Shown: positions 18,497 to 28,866 of the stretch, piece by piece | Layout: every line of letters starts with the position of its first letter | Position numbering within the stretch: the first letter of the stretch is position 1 | Assembly: GCA_965223295.1 (NCBI GenBank) | Contig: CBDCWC010000002.1 | Location: 512,001-576,000 of the forward strand | DNA: 64,000 nt | DNA from: Nitrospirales bacterium | Lineage (GTDB): Bacteria > Nitrospirota > Nitrospiria > Nitrospirales > UBA8639 | Direction of reading: 5' to 3' | Position numbers and translations under genes: made by a program | Notes under the pieces: generated by a model | Databases searched by the model: none | What the model saw: the letters and a program-made list of their open reading frames with translations, nothing else | Told to the model about the DNA's origin: nothing

Positions 18497-18907
18497 ATGC
18501 CATCGGACTTAATTATTTTAAATGTGATGGGTCCCTATCGAGAGCCGAAGGAGCCTGCGTTCTCGTATGATTATTCAGTGCAACGACCAGATTGGGCGAC
18601 ACCCCAAGGTGTGAGAATTAAAGTTTCCATTGAACATGAGTTGGACTATCTCAAGAACAAGATTCTTAATCTTTCCGGAGGTTCGGTTGGCCAACAGCTT
18701 CGCTGCAATCAGTTGCTTGTACGAGCCATTGCTGATCAGAAACTAGAAATAGTGGATACGGATGGGCAATTGGCTGAACGCTTAGATGTGATGATTGGGC
18801 CGTTTCAAGGGGATTCTTTCGCTCATCTTTTTGGACAATTAGAGCAATGGATGAAGACTGAAAAAGAATCATTAAGGCAATCGATAAAAGATCAAATCGG
18901 GATCTGA
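18497..18907 (+). CDS. hypothetical protein
   Basis: AGGAG RBS upstream of ATG 18497; 136 aa. Confidence 0.7.
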   Translation: MPSDLIILNVMGPYREPKEPAFSYDYSVQRPDWATPQGVRIKVSIEHELDYLKNKILNLSGGSVGQQLRCNQLLVRAIADQKLEIVDTDGQLAERLDVMIGPFQGDSFAHLFGQLEQWMKTEKESLRQSIKDQIGI

Positions 18908-18977
18908 TTAGTTTCTTGGTCAGGTTGTCTTCTTCAGTATCTTTATAAAGTGATCATGTGTTTTCCTGACACTATTC

Positions 18978-19604
18978 TTAAAATACCCGCTGATACCGTT
19001 TAGAATAGACGCCCGTTTCGTCTTCTCCAAATCCAATAGAAGCCTGCTCGGGTTTTGTCTTGTTATACAAATCAATAGCGTAATGTCCACGAACTTGTTC
19101 CATGGCGACTTCATAGGGAATGGAGCTGGGGTAAAATTCGCCAGGGGCATGGGCTCCTCGACTTAAGGATTTCGCTGACTCCTGATTGGCATACTGTTTT
19201 TCTGAAAAAATATAAATGTCAGCGATAGCAAAAGGGCTCAGTTTATCTTCTGGCGTCGTGGCAGGAATGAGTTCCTCAAGCGTCTCATCAAGACGAGCTT
19301 TCTGAAATGATTGCAAAAGAGCAATAATTTGACTGTCGGTTGTCGCGGAAGGGACGAGTATGGTTACCGCGTTCATGCCCACCACAGTATCCGTCACGGT
19401 AAAGCTAGGAATGAGATCACTGGAAACAATCCCAGGCAAAGGCCCCTTCGCAGAAGGCGAGGCGCCTTGTCGATGAGCCGGAATATCCTTCGATTTAGGG
19501 ATAATCAAGCTAATGAATAACCAAAGCCCAAAGATGACTCCAAAGACGACAATAATCGGATGAATGCCGACTCGACGTCCCTCTGTTGGTTTCTCCTCAT
19601 TCAT
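18978..19604 (-). CDS. hypothetical single-pass membrane protein
   Basis: TM segment IIVVFGVIFGLWLFISLII; ATGA-coupled to mazG. Confidence 0.75.
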   Translation of the reverse strand: MNEEKPTEGRRVGIHPIIVVFGVIFGLWLFISLIIPKSKDIPAHRQGASPSAKGPLPGIVSSDLIPSFTVTDTVVGMNAVTILVPSATTDSQIIALLQSFQKARLDETLEELIPATTPEDKLSPFAIADIYIFSEKQYANQESAKSLSRGAHAPGEFYPSSIPYEVAMEQVRGHYAIDLYNKTKPEQASIGFGEDETGVYSKRYQRVF

Positions 19605-20518
19605 GGTGTTGGGTGATGGCTAGATCGTATTTGGCTTGATGCTGCGCTTTCTTGACGCTTGGCCGCTTCCCACCATTCATCAAGTTTCTCTAGAGGAAAA
19701 TCGTTGAGTGGTTTGCCATGTTTGGTCGCTTGTGATTCGATATAGTGAAAACGCGCAACAAATTTATTAGTGGCTTTTCGCAGAGCTTCTTCTGGATTAA
19801 TTTGAAGAAACCTCGAGATATTGACGAGTGAAAATAGTACATCTCCGAGCTCTTCCTCGATGTGCAAATCTGACTGCTTGGTTGTCAGAGACATTTGAAA
19901 CCGGTTTAGCGACTTAGATGTGCGTGTGGTGGCATCATAGAGTTCATCAAGTTCTTCTTTCAATTTGTAAAGAACCGGCTCAATCGTGTTCCAATCAAAG
20001 CCTACTTTGGAAGCCCGTTTTTGTACCAGAAAGGCCCGTTGAAGCGCTGGCGATGCTTTGGGAATTGAGGCTAAAACCGACGATGGTCCCTCTTGCTGAA
20101 CTTTTTCTTGCTGCTTTAATTGTTCCCATTGGCTGACAACCTGGCCCGACGTTGTCGGTGACTGATGCTTGTGTTTCTGGAAAACATGAGGGTGTCGACG
20201 AATAAGTTTTTCGCCCAAGTTCGTCTTGACCTCCTGATAGGAAAAGTGGCCTTGTTCTTCAGCAATTTGGCTGTGGAAGAGAATCTGGAGTAGAAGATCG
20301 CCTAACTCTTCTTTTAAAGCAGAGGGATCATTAGTATCAATGGCTTCGAGGACTTCATAAACTTCTTCTAATAAAAAAGGTTTTAAGGACTGGGTGGTTT
20401 GTTCCCGATCCCAGGGGCAGCCTTCTGGGCCTCGCAATTTAGCCACGATGGCCACGACATCAGTGGCCGGCGGCGTGTGCGGGTTGGGCACAGGAGCTTC
20501 AGGAGATTCGGTGTTCAT
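19601..20518 (-). CDS. mazG: nucleoside triphosphate pyrophosphohydrolase MazG
   Basis: LRGPEGCPWDREQT, EEVYEVLEAI, EELGDLLLQ, RRHPHVF, second EELGDVLF domain. Start codon uncertain. Confidence 0.92.
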   Translation of the reverse strand: MNTESPEAPVPNPHTPPATDVVAIVAKLRGPEGCPWDREQTTQSLKPFLLEEVYEVLEAIDTNDPSALKEELGDLLLQILFHSQIAEEQGHFSYQEVKTNLGEKLIRRHPHVFQKHKHQSPTTSGQVVSQWEQLKQQEKVQQEGPSSVLASIPKASPALQRAFLVQKRASKVGFDWNTIEPVLYKLKEELDELYDATTRTSKSLNRFQMSLTTKQSDLHIEEELGDVLFSLVNISRFLQINPEEALRKATNKFVARFHYIESQATKHGKPLNDFPLEKLDEWWEAAKRQESAASSQIRSSHHPTP

Positions 20519-20654
20519 AAAAATAGGTTTTTCAAAGGCATCTGGTGTGAATATCGAGAGTATTATACTAATTTGGTCTTTCCTTGTAATCTCTGGATTC
20601 TTGATAGCCATGCCCTGATAATGATACTGTTTTCCTCTACTGGGAGGTTCGAGG

Positions 20655-21077
20655 ATGAGTGAAGAAGAGCAAGGCTTTGTAATTCGGGATAAACGGGGGC
20701 GTTCTTCGGCATCGGAAGAATCGGCCGAGCCGACGGCTCAACCGTCTTTAGGTCCTGAACCATCAGCGCCATCACCGTCTTCTGATGATTCTGTTCCTCC
20801 TTCTCCTCCGCTGACGTTTTCATCGTTCGTTTTTTCGCTTGGGACTTCTTCTTTAATGCTCATGGGCGAGTCTTTGGATCCTCTACAACCATCGCCACCA
20901 GTCAATTTGCCTCAAGCCAAGGAAATTATTGATATCCTCTCGATGCTTGAAGAAAAAACAAAGGGAAATCTCACGTCTGAAGAAGGATCCGTTATAGGGG
21001 ACATGTTGTATACCTTGCGGATGAAATATGTTAGTGCCACATCTGGTCAAGCCAACAAGGTTTCGCCGTTGTCTTGA
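20655..21077 (+). CDS. DUF1844 domain protein
   Basis: FSSFVFSL..AKEIIDILSMLEEKTKGNLT..LRMKY. Confidence 0.8.
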   Translation: MSEEEQGFVIRDKRGRSSASEESAEPTAQPSLGPEPSAPSPSSDDSVPPSPPLTFSSFVFSLGTSSLMLMGESLDPLQPSPPVNLPQAKEIIDILSMLEEKTKGNLTSEEGSVIGDMLYTLRMKYVSATSGQANKVSPLS

Positions 21078-21218
21078 ACGCCGTCTTTCAAGCGCACACG
21101 CCTCGCTCCCTAAGCATGTTTTCAAAAGGGAAAGGGCGCCAGTCGACGCCCAACCCCTCACATTTCCTTGCGAAGTCCTCAACCTTGAGGAATAATGGAT
21201 CTGTTCCCTAGTTTTTGA

Positions 21219-23558
21219 ATGTTTCACAGGCAAGTCTCCGTGAATCTGATCTCTGAACATTTGCCAGAATCTCGGAAATTCCCACGAGCCAAACCGGCTG
21301 TGGAATCGCCAGCGGACAACTCATCCAAAACAGAATCAGCGCAAAAACGTCAACGGCGTCATTATATGCCGGTTTGGATTGTTCTGGTTCTCCTGCTGCC
21401 GTGTATTGCTTTGACCATTTATTATGCGCGGTATGGCCTCTCGGGCCCACTGCTTCCTGATTCGATCCTTCCGAGTCCTAGTTATGCTTTAGTACTCTTT
21501 CTTGTCTATTTAGATAGCGTGGGTTTGGTTGTGCTCACGCTCTTGCTCTCCCGCAATTTAATCCGGGCCTTTTTTGAAAAACGGAATAAGTTATTAGGGT
21601 CAGGGTTTCGATCAAAATTAGTGGCAGCGTTTATTGGATTTGCTCTGATCCCTACGGTCCTCCTCGCCCTGGTAGCCAGCGGAGTGATTAGTGAAGTGAT
21701 TGATGTGTGGTTTAGCGATCAAGTTATGCATGTGTTGCGAGATTCCGAAGATGTTGCACATTTATACCAAGAGGAACGAGAAGCCTTAGCCTCTGACACG
21801 GCTCGGGTCATTAGCAAAGAAATTTTTCGAGAGGATATTTTACGGCCTGAACATCGTGAATTGCTAAAATCCGTCTTGGTCAGGATGCAACATGAATATC
21901 ATCTAGCAGGAGTCGAAGTATTTTCTCCGAAAATGGAAACCCTGGCACGAAAGATGGATCCTCAGTTATCTGATGCGGTCTTGAGTTTGCCGGTTGGACA
22001 ATTGGTCTTGCAAGTGTTGGATAGAGGAAAAGCGCAGACTTCGGCACAGGAAGCCCCGGTTGGAAAATTGATTCGTGCGGCGGCTCCAATCATGGGCACT
22101 GGGAGGGGTGCGCAAGTACGTGGTGTGGTAGTCGTGTCGTCCTATGTGCCTGAATCACTATTGCGAAAAATGGATGCGATTGCTAAGCAATTTGACGAGT
22201 ACCGTCAGATTAAATCCATGAAAACTCCCATTAAGGGGGGGGCGTATCTTTTTGTCGGGGTTGTCACCTTGCTCATTTTATTTGGCGCAACATGGTTTGG
22301 GTTTTATGTGGCTCGGGGTATTACCGTACCCATTCAACGCTTAGCCGAAGGAACCGAAGCGATTGCCAAAGGACATTTAGATATTAATATTGATGTGAAA
22401 GCCACAGATGAAATCGGTACGCTGGTCCAATCGTTTAATCGCATGACCACGGATTTGCGCACGAATAAATCGCGGTTAGAGGAAATGAACTTATCGCTGA
22501 TTCAGTCAAATGTGGAAATTGACCAACGCCGGGCCTATACCGAAGCCGTCGTAGAAACGATTGCCGCAGGGGTCTTGTCTATTGATATGTCTGGACTGAT
22601 TACCAGATTTAATCCGTCCGGCGAACGTATTCTTGGCGTTCAAGGAGAGGAGTTGCGTGGGCGGCCTGTTTATGAAGCCTTTAAGCAATTTAATTTGTAT
22701 TTGTTTCAGAAGGCTTATGACCAAATGCTTGTGGAAGAAACGGATAGTTTGTCGATGGAAGGGCAGATGGAAACCCCCAATGGACGGCTCTTGACCTTAG
22801 GCCTCAGTATTTCCAGAATGCAAAACGAAGCAGGCGAGAACTTAGGGTTTGTGTTTGTGTTTGAAGATCGCACGGAGTTCATCAAGGCCCAAAAAACCGC
22901 CGCTTGGCAGGAAGTGGCTCAACGGATTGCCCATGAAATTAAAAATCCGTTGACGCCCATTCAATTGTCTGCTCAGAGGTTGCGTAAAAAGTTTTTTGAA
23001 AAATCGGCAGGCTTTGAAGAAATATTTGATCAGTCTACCGGTGTCATCATCAATGAAGTGACGAGCTTAAAAGGCATGGTCGATGAATTTTCGAAGTATG
23101 CCCGTATGCCGTTGCCTCAAATGTCCCGGCAATCATTGCATGACATTATTCAGAAAGTGATCTCTCTCTATACTGGAGCGCACCGTGATGTAAAATTTGT
23201 CGTGGAATTTGATGAAGGGCTTCCTGATTTGAATTGTGACCCTGAGCAGATGCGGCGGGTCTTTGTGAATCTCTTTGATAACGCTATTCAGGCTATTAAC
23301 GATCGAGGGCATGTTTGGGTGACGACTAAGGCAGATTGGCGGCGGCATCGTGCTATTGTGCACGTAGCTGATGATGGCATCGGTATTCAATCGGACGACC
23401 AAGAAAAGTTATTTGTGCCCTATTTTTCTAAGAAACGAACTGGGACTGGGCTGGGTTTAGCCATTGTGCATCGTATTATTTCTGATCACAATGGCACGAT
23501 CCATGCCGAAAATAATCATCCACAGGGTGCGCTATTTCGGTTTGACTTGCCTTTGTGA
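21219..23558 (+). CDS. ntrY: NtrY-like sensor histidine kinase (HAMP, PAS, HisKA, HATPase)
   Basis: AAWQEVAQRIAHEIKNPLTPIQLSAQRL, GTGLGL; four TM helices. Start uncertain. Confidence 0.8.
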   Translation: MFHRQVSVNLISEHLPESRKFPRAKPAVESPADNSSKTESAQKRQRRHYMPVWIVLVLLLPCIALTIYYARYGLSGPLLPDSILPSPSYALVLFLVYLDSVGLVVLTLLLSRNLIRAFFEKRNKLLGSGFRSKLVAAFIGFALIPTVLLALVASGVISEVIDVWFSDQVMHVLRDSEDVAHLYQEEREALASDTARVISKEIFREDILRPEHRELLKSVLVRMQHEYHLAGVEVFSPKMETLARKMDPQLSDAVLSLPVGQLVLQVLDRGKAQTSAQEAPVGKLIRAAAPIMGTGRGAQVRGVVVVSSYVPESLLRKMDAIAKQFDEYRQIKSMKTPIKGGAYLFVGVVTLLILFGATWFGFYVARGITVPIQRLAEGTEAIAKGHLDINIDVKATDEIGTLVQSFNRMTTDLRTNKSRLEEMNLSLIQSNVEIDQRRAYTEAVVETIAAGVLSIDMSGLITRFNPSGERILGVQGEELRGRPVYEAFKQFNLYLFQKAYDQMLVEETDSLSMEGQMETPNGRLLTLGLSISRMQNEAGENLGFVFVFEDRTEFIKAQKTAAWQEVAQRIAHEIKNPLTPIQLSAQRLRKKFFEKSAGFEEIFDQSTGVIINEVTSLKGMVDEFSKYARMPLPQMSRQSLHDIIQKVISLYTGAHRDVKFVVEFDEGLPDLNCDPEQMRRVFVNLFDNAIQAINDRGHVWVTTKADWRRHRAIVHVADDGIGIQSDDQEKLFVPYFSKKRTGTGLGLAIVHRIISDHNGTIHAENNHPQGALFRFDLPL

Positions 23559-23658
23559 TACAGGCGGTTGTTCTTGGCTGAGCAGTGCCTGAATCGAGGA
23601 GGTTGAGCTTGCATGTGGCTATGAAATTCCTATTCATGCCTTTGATGAAGGAGGTCTA

Positions 23659-25032
23659 GTGGCAGAATCAATTTGTATTGTCGATGATGAACCAGCCATT
23701 TTACATTCCCTGAGTAATATTCTTGAAGACGAAGGGTATCAGGTTATTGTCGCCACCAATGGGGTTGAAGCCATGAAAGTTGTCCGCAGCGACTCTCCGG
23801 ATCTGGTCATTCTGGATATTTGGATGCCGGAGATGGATGGCTTAGAAACATTGAAGCGATTGCGTTCTCAGCATCCTGGGATACTTGTTGTCATGATGTC
23901 TGGCCATGGTTCCATTGAGACTGCCGTCAAAGCGACCAAATTAGGTGCCTATGATTATTTGGAAAAACCGTTAGATTTAGAAAAAGTGACTATTTTCGTC
24001 CGTAATGCTTTGCACCAAAGGAAACTGGAAGAAGAAAATCTCAATCTTCGTATTCAAGTAGAACGACGGTTTGAGTTGGTCGGGTCTTCCCCAACGATGA
24101 ATCGTCTTCGAGACATGATTGAGATGGCAGCCCCGGCCAACAGCCGGGTCTTAATTTCCGGAGCCAATGGGACAGGGAAGGAACTTGTGGCCCGTGCAAT
24201 TCATTTGCAAAGTCCACGGCACAATCGTCCGTTTGTTGAAATTAATTGTGCGGCCATTCCGGAAACCTTGATTGAAAGTGAATTGTTCGGCCATGAAAAA
24301 GGCGCGTTTAGCGGCGCGACTGCGATGAAGCGTGGTAAGTTTGAATTGGCTGACGGCGGTACATTATTTTTGGATGAAATTGGCGATATGAGTTTAGCCA
24401 CACAAGCCAAAGTCTTGCGAGTGCTACAGGAACAACAATTTACGCGGGTAGGTGGGACCAAATTGTTAAATGTCCAAGTCCGCGTCATTGCGGCATCAAA
24501 TAAAGATTTGGCTGAAGAAATCGGCAAAGGCAATTTTCGAGAGGATTTGTATTATCGACTGAATGTACTGCCCATTGTTGTGCCGCCCCTCAAAGAACGA
24601 CGTGAAGATATTCCCGCTCTTGCGCAACATTTTCTCAAAATGCATTCTGAGGAACAGGGGATGAAGCCTAAAGAGTTTAATGCCCAAGGCCTGGAAGCTC
24701 TTGCACGACATGATTGGCCTGGGAATATTCGAGAACTTCGTAATCTAATTGAGCGTTTGTTGATCATGGTGCCAAAGCCGGTCATTGATGCCCCAGACGT
24801 GGAAATGTTTTTGCAAGGTCGAGCGTCCAGTGGTGTGCCAGCGCTGTCCGTTGGCACGAACTTTGATTCTCTTCGAGAAGCCAGAAATGTATTTGAGCGG
24901 GAAGTGATTTCTCAAAAGCTGAGAGAAAATAATTGGAATGTCTCGAAGACTGCTGATGAGTTGAAAATTGAACGTAGCCATTTACACCGAAAGATCAAGC
25001 TTCTCAATGTCGAACTCCGGCCTGAACATTAA
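23659..25032 (+). CDS. ntrX: NtrX-like sigma54-dependent response regulator
   Basis: REC (LDIWMP), GANGTGKE, ESELFGHEKGAFSGA, C-terminal Fis HTH; follows NtrY-like kinase. Confidence 0.8.
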   Translation: MAESICIVDDEPAILHSLSNILEDEGYQVIVATNGVEAMKVVRSDSPDLVILDIWMPEMDGLETLKRLRSQHPGILVVMMSGHGSIETAVKATKLGAYDYLEKPLDLEKVTIFVRNALHQRKLEEENLNLRIQVERRFELVGSSPTMNRLRDMIEMAAPANSRVLISGANGTGKELVARAIHLQSPRHNRPFVEINCAAIPETLIESELFGHEKGAFSGATAMKRGKFELADGGTLFLDEIGDMSLATQAKVLRVLQEQQFTRVGGTKLLNVQVRVIAASNKDLAEEIGKGNFREDLYYRLNVLPIVVPPLKERREDIPALAQHFLKMHSEEQGMKPKEFNAQGLEALARHDWPGNIRELRNLIERLLIMVPKPVIDAPDVEMFLQGRASSGVPALSVGTNFDSLREARNVFEREVISQKLRENNWNVSKTADELKIERSHLHRKIKLLNVELRPEH

Positions 25033-26416
25033 GCCTTATAGCTCTCACTTGTCTTCAGAATCTCTAGCGCCTGGATCAATCCAATCCCTCCATATTGAAA
25101 AATTGGTCGCTGGCGGATTCAGCCTTGGACGTTTGAATGGTCACGTGGTGTTATGTGATGGAGGCATTCCTGGTGAAACTATTCAAACTGAGATTTTGCA
25201 CAGGCGAAAAGGAGTGACTCAGGGGAAAATTCTCGCAGTTCAAGAGTCGGCAGAAAGCCGGGTGTTACCTGTCTGTCCGCTTGTTGATCGATGTGGGGGA
25301 TGCCAGCTTCAGCATGTGCAGTATGAGGAGCAGATTGCTCAAAAGCGGTTAATTTTAGAAGATAGCCTCCGTCGTATTGGGAAGATTTCTGATTTCTCAA
25401 TTTCATCAGTCGTTCCATCTCCTCAAGCTTATGGCTATCGGCAAGTCCTTCGTATGGGAATAGGGGAGGGGCCTGATGGTGCTTTTTTAGGATTTTTTGA
25501 ATCGGGAACTCAACAACTGTTATCTGTTGAGACCTGTTTTCTGGTCAATGAAAAAGTTCGAGCTGTTCTTGATGCTGTCCGCTCAAGGCTTTGCTCTATG
25601 GGTATTAAGGAAATGAATTTGGAAAGTGTGGAAATTCGGTGGTCGTCAATGGATGGAAATGGATTGTTGATCTTTCGTGGACAGCCAATGGCAAAAGATC
25701 ATGTTGAACGTCTGCTGAATACCTGCGCAGACATTTCCAACATTAAAGGGTGGATCTATGAATCTGTAAAAACGGAACAAAATGGAAAGCGAGGGAAGAG
25801 GAACGAGCCAATTGTAAAGGGCATTGACCATCTATGGGAAGACTTTCGAGGGATACGTCTCAAGTTAGGGTTTCGATCATTTATGCAAGCTAACTGGCCA
25901 TGCTTTCAATTGGTAGGCAAAACTATCGTGGAATGGTTGGGAAAAAACTTAAAAAGTCAACGGATATTAGAGTTATATGCGGGCACGGGGCCGTTAGGTC
26001 TCCTGTTAGCCAAACAGGGTGCCCATGTGACCTGTGTGGAAGGTAATCCCTTTGCTATGCATGATGCTCGCGAGTCAATACGTGTCAATAAGATTGGCGG
26101 ATGTCGCGTGAAGATTAGCTCGGTTGAATCCTATCTGCTCACTGTGCAATCCGGTTTCTACGATGTTATCCTTCTCGATCCTCCGCGTTCAGGGCTTACT
26201 CTGAACGTTCTCGAGCTGTTAGGAGCGTTGAAAGTTCCGAGATTGCTCTATCTGTCTTGTGATGCGCCGACATTAGCCAGGGACATCAAGGCGTTCTGTG
26301 AAAAGGGCTATGAGGTTCAGCGGATACGGCCCTTCGATATGTTTCCCCAAACAGCGCATCTAGAGGCGTTAGTGGAATTAAAAATTTCGCAACCTTCAAC
26401 TAGCCCCAAGCAGTAA
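25007..26416 (+). CDS. rlmD: 23S rRNA (uracil-5)-methyltransferase, RlmD/TrmA family
   Basis: TRAM domain, CPLVDRCGGCQLQH, SFMQAN, LDPPRSG, YLSCD, DMFPQTAHLE. Confidence 0.85.
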   Translation: MSNSGLNIKPYSSHLSSESLAPGSIQSLHIEKLVAGGFSLGRLNGHVVLCDGGIPGETIQTEILHRRKGVTQGKILAVQESAESRVLPVCPLVDRCGGCQLQHVQYEEQIAQKRLILEDSLRRIGKISDFSISSVVPSPQAYGYRQVLRMGIGEGPDGAFLGFFESGTQQLLSVETCFLVNEKVRAVLDAVRSRLCSMGIKEMNLESVEIRWSSMDGNGLLIFRGQPMAKDHVERLLNTCADISNIKGWIYESVKTEQNGKRGKRNEPIVKGIDHLWEDFRGIRLKLGFRSFMQANWPCFQLVGKTIVEWLGKNLKSQRILELYAGTGPLGLLLAKQGAHVTCVEGNPFAMHDARESIRVNKIGGCRVKISSVESYLLTVQSGFYDVILLDPPRSGLTLNVLELLGALKVPRLLYLSCDAPTLARDIKAFCEKGYEVQRIRPFDMFPQTAHLEALVELKISQPSTSPKQ

Positions 26417-26428
26417 CAAGGATTCGTC

Positions 26429-27466
26429 ATGACGACCTATCGTGATGCGGGTGTCGATATTCAACGAGGCGACGAATTTGTCAAGCGTATCGGGCCACTC
26501 GTGCGGTCGACATTTCGTCCAGAGGTCTTAGGAGATGTGGGTGGATTTGGAGGCCTATTTCGATTCCCCTCGGGTCGCTATCGTGAGCCGATTTTGGTAT
26601 CTGGAACTGATGGGGCTGGGACAAAAGTAAAACTAGCCCAGATGATGAACCAGCATGACACCATTGGCATTGATCTCGTGGCCATGTGTGTGAACGATAT
26701 TCTGGTGAGTGGTGCAGAACCGCTCTTTTTCTTAGATTATTTAGCTACTGGACATTTGCAAATTGAAGTTGCTGAAGCGCTGGTTCAAGGTATTGCTGAG
26801 GGTTGCCGGCAAGCTGGATGTGCATTGATTGGCGGAGAAACCGCAGAAATGCCTTCGTGCTATCCGGAAGGGGAATATGATCTGGCTGGTTTTGCCGTTG
26901 GTGTCGTTGAAGGTTCCGACATGTTGGGAAAAGAGAAAGTCAGGCCTGGCGATGTGGTGATTGGAGTGGCATCCAGCGGTATTCATAGTAATGGATATTC
27001 TTTGGCGCGAAGAGTCTTATTTGACGAACAAGGGTGGACTCCTGAAAAAAAAGTGGCAGATCTCTCAGAGTTGCTAGGAGAAGCGCTACTTCGGCCTACC
27101 ACGATTTACGTCAAGTTGGTGAAGGCGTTATTGGCCAAGTGCCAATTGCATGGGCTTGCGCATATTACCGGCGGGGGCATTACAGGAAATTTGCCTCGTA
27201 TCATTCCTAATGATTGTTGTGCTGTGATTGATCGCTCAAGTTGGCAACCGCCCCCGCTTTTCAATGTGATTCAACAGGCGGGGAAAATCGATCAAGAAGA
27301 AATGTACAACGTCTTCAACATGGGTGTTGGTCTCACAATCATCGCTCACCCGGATGAAATTGGCCAGATCTTGGACGCGACACAAGGGCAAGGGATTGCC
27401 GGGTGGGTGATGGGGGAAATTGGTCCCTCGCATTCTTCTAAATCCCAACTTGTCTATTCATCTTAG
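26429..27466 (+). CDS. purM: phosphoribosylformylglycinamidine cyclo-ligase
   Basis: YRDAGVD, GTDGAGTK, GGETAEMP, HSNGYSL, HITGGG. Confidence 0.97.
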   Translation: MTTYRDAGVDIQRGDEFVKRIGPLVRSTFRPEVLGDVGGFGGLFRFPSGRYREPILVSGTDGAGTKVKLAQMMNQHDTIGIDLVAMCVNDILVSGAEPLFFLDYLATGHLQIEVAEALVQGIAEGCRQAGCALIGGETAEMPSCYPEGEYDLAGFAVGVVEGSDMLGKEKVRPGDVVIGVASSGIHSNGYSLARRVLFDEQGWTPEKKVADLSELLGEALLRPTTIYVKLVKALLAKCQLHGLAHITGGGITGNLPRIIPNDCCAVIDRSSWQPPPLFNVIQQAGKIDQEEMYNVFNMGVGLTIIAHPDEIGQILDATQGQGIAGWVMGEIGPSHSSKSQLVYSS

Positions 27467-27475
27467 AAAGTTGCA

Positions 27476-28099
27476 ATGATGTCCCTGGCGCTGGGTGTGT
27501 TAATTTCAGGACGAGGATCAAACCTTTTAGCGATTCTTGAGGCAATTGAAAGTGGTAGACTGGATGCCACAGTCAAAGTCGTTGTGAGTAACAAGGCCAC
27601 GGCGCCTGGGCTGGAATTCGCGAAGAGTCGAGGTATTCAGACAGTCTTTCTTGCTCCTAAGTCCTTTGCGCAAGAAAGTCAGCCCCGTGAAGCCTATGAT
27701 TTGGCGGTGGGAAAGGTTCTTCAGGAACATGAGGTTGAATGCGTTGTGTTAGCAGGCTACATGCGTATTGCGACTCCTGCACTGATTCGGATGTTTCCTC
27801 ATAAGATGCTGAATATCCACCCCTCTCTACTCCCTGCTTTCCCAGGACTAAATGCCCAAAAACAAGCCTTGGAGTGGGGTGCTAAAGTGAGTGGCTGCTC
27901 AGTCCATTTTGTTACAGAGGGTGTAGATGAAGGGCCAATTATTTGCCAACAGGCTGTGCCGATTCACGAAGAAGACACGGTCGAAATGTTAGCTGTCCGG
28001 ATTCTAGAACAAGAGCATCGCCTCTATCCGTTAGCATTGCAATTGATGGCGCAAGGACGGCTGCGGGTAGAAGGCCGAACCGTGAAAATACTTCAATAG
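27476..28099 (+). CDS. purN: phosphoribosylglycinamide formyltransferase
   Basis: ISGRGSNL, LAGYMRI, NIHPSLLPAFPG, VDEGPII. Confidence 0.97.
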   Translation: MMSLALGVLISGRGSNLLAILEAIESGRLDATVKVVVSNKATAPGLEFAKSRGIQTVFLAPKSFAQESQPREAYDLAVGKVLQEHEVECVVLAGYMRIATPALIRMFPHKMLNIHPSLLPAFPGLNAQKQALEWGAKVSGCSVHFVTEGVDEGPIICQQAVPIHEEDTVEMLAVRILEQEHRLYPLALQLMAQGRLRVEGRTVKILQ

Positions 28100-28122
28100 T
28101 GTAGGTTGAGGAATTTAGAAAT

Positions 28123-28156
28123 TCCCCTCCTTTGTAAGGAGGGGGAGGGGAGGTAG
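28123..28156. repeat. REP-like palindrome CCCCTCCTT-N3-AAGGAGGGG
   Basis: Perfect 9-bp inverted repeat followed by GGGGAGG; degenerate second copy at 48728-48760. Confidence 0.5.
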
Positions 28157-28272
28157 AATTACTGATTAGCAGAAAAAACAATTCAGACGATCAAAGAGAT
28201 AGCAAGATCGCACAAGCTTCGTTATAATTCCAACGGTTACGAGGTCCTTCAGATCCCAACCTTCTCAAGCGT

Positions 28273-28348
28273 GGGGGGCTAGCTCAGTTGGGAGAGCGCA
28301 ACGTTCGCAACGTTGAGGTCGCGGGTTCGACTCCCGTGCCCTCCACCA
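28273..28348 (+). tRNA. tRNA-Ala(CGC)
   Basis: GGGGGGC/GCCCTCC acceptor with G3:U70 identity pair; CAACG-TTCGCAA-CGTTG; CCA end. Confidence 0.97.
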
Positions 28349-28575
28349 AAATATGTAACGCATTGCTGTTACAGATATTATTTCAGTTTCTCTTAAGCAC
28401 ACCCCCTTAGACTCTTCGCTCCTCAAATCACCTAAAAACCTTGTAGAGAGCCAGTTCTATGCGGTTCGAATGTATGGTGCTGGGAAAATCTAACCCTTCT
28501 CCTGGAATTATTGTTACATTTTTGCTGAAGCACACGGTTTAGCGGAGAGCATACCGAATCCTCTGCAACTGTCTC

Positions 28576-28857
28576 TTATAAGCTTTTTGACTTATAGCCA
28601 TAGTATATTGGGCAATTTTCTGTTCCGAGATTTTTAATACTATGGCTAGTTCCGGCTGGAATAAGAAATTCACTGTTACCATCTTGGATGAATGTCTCAT
28701 TCTCAATAGTAAATTCGTAGGTTCCACTCTCCATAAAAACCAATTCATCTTTATCAGCATGGGCAGCTTCCGTAATTCCGTTCCCTGCCTTAATGGTTCC
28801 AATACCAAATGAAAAACCTCGATCAGTCCAATTCTTCTCTAGTTCGTTTTTATTCAT
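28576..28857 (-). CDS. small cupin-domain protein
   Basis: HADKDELVFMESG..LIPAGTSHSIKN cupin motifs; AAGGA RBS. Confidence 0.8.
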   Translation of the reverse strand: MNKNELEKNWTDRGFSFGIGTIKAGNGITEAAHADKDELVFMESGTYEFTIENETFIQDGNSEFLIPAGTSHSIKNLGTENCPIYYGYKSKSL

Positions 28858-28866
28858 GCTGGTTCC

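Noticed and set aside
28355-28374. TGTAAC-N8-GTTACA palindrome after tRNA-Ala as a regulator site
   Set aside because: Position fits a tRNA 3' trailer hairpin; single occurrence with no adjacent promoter.
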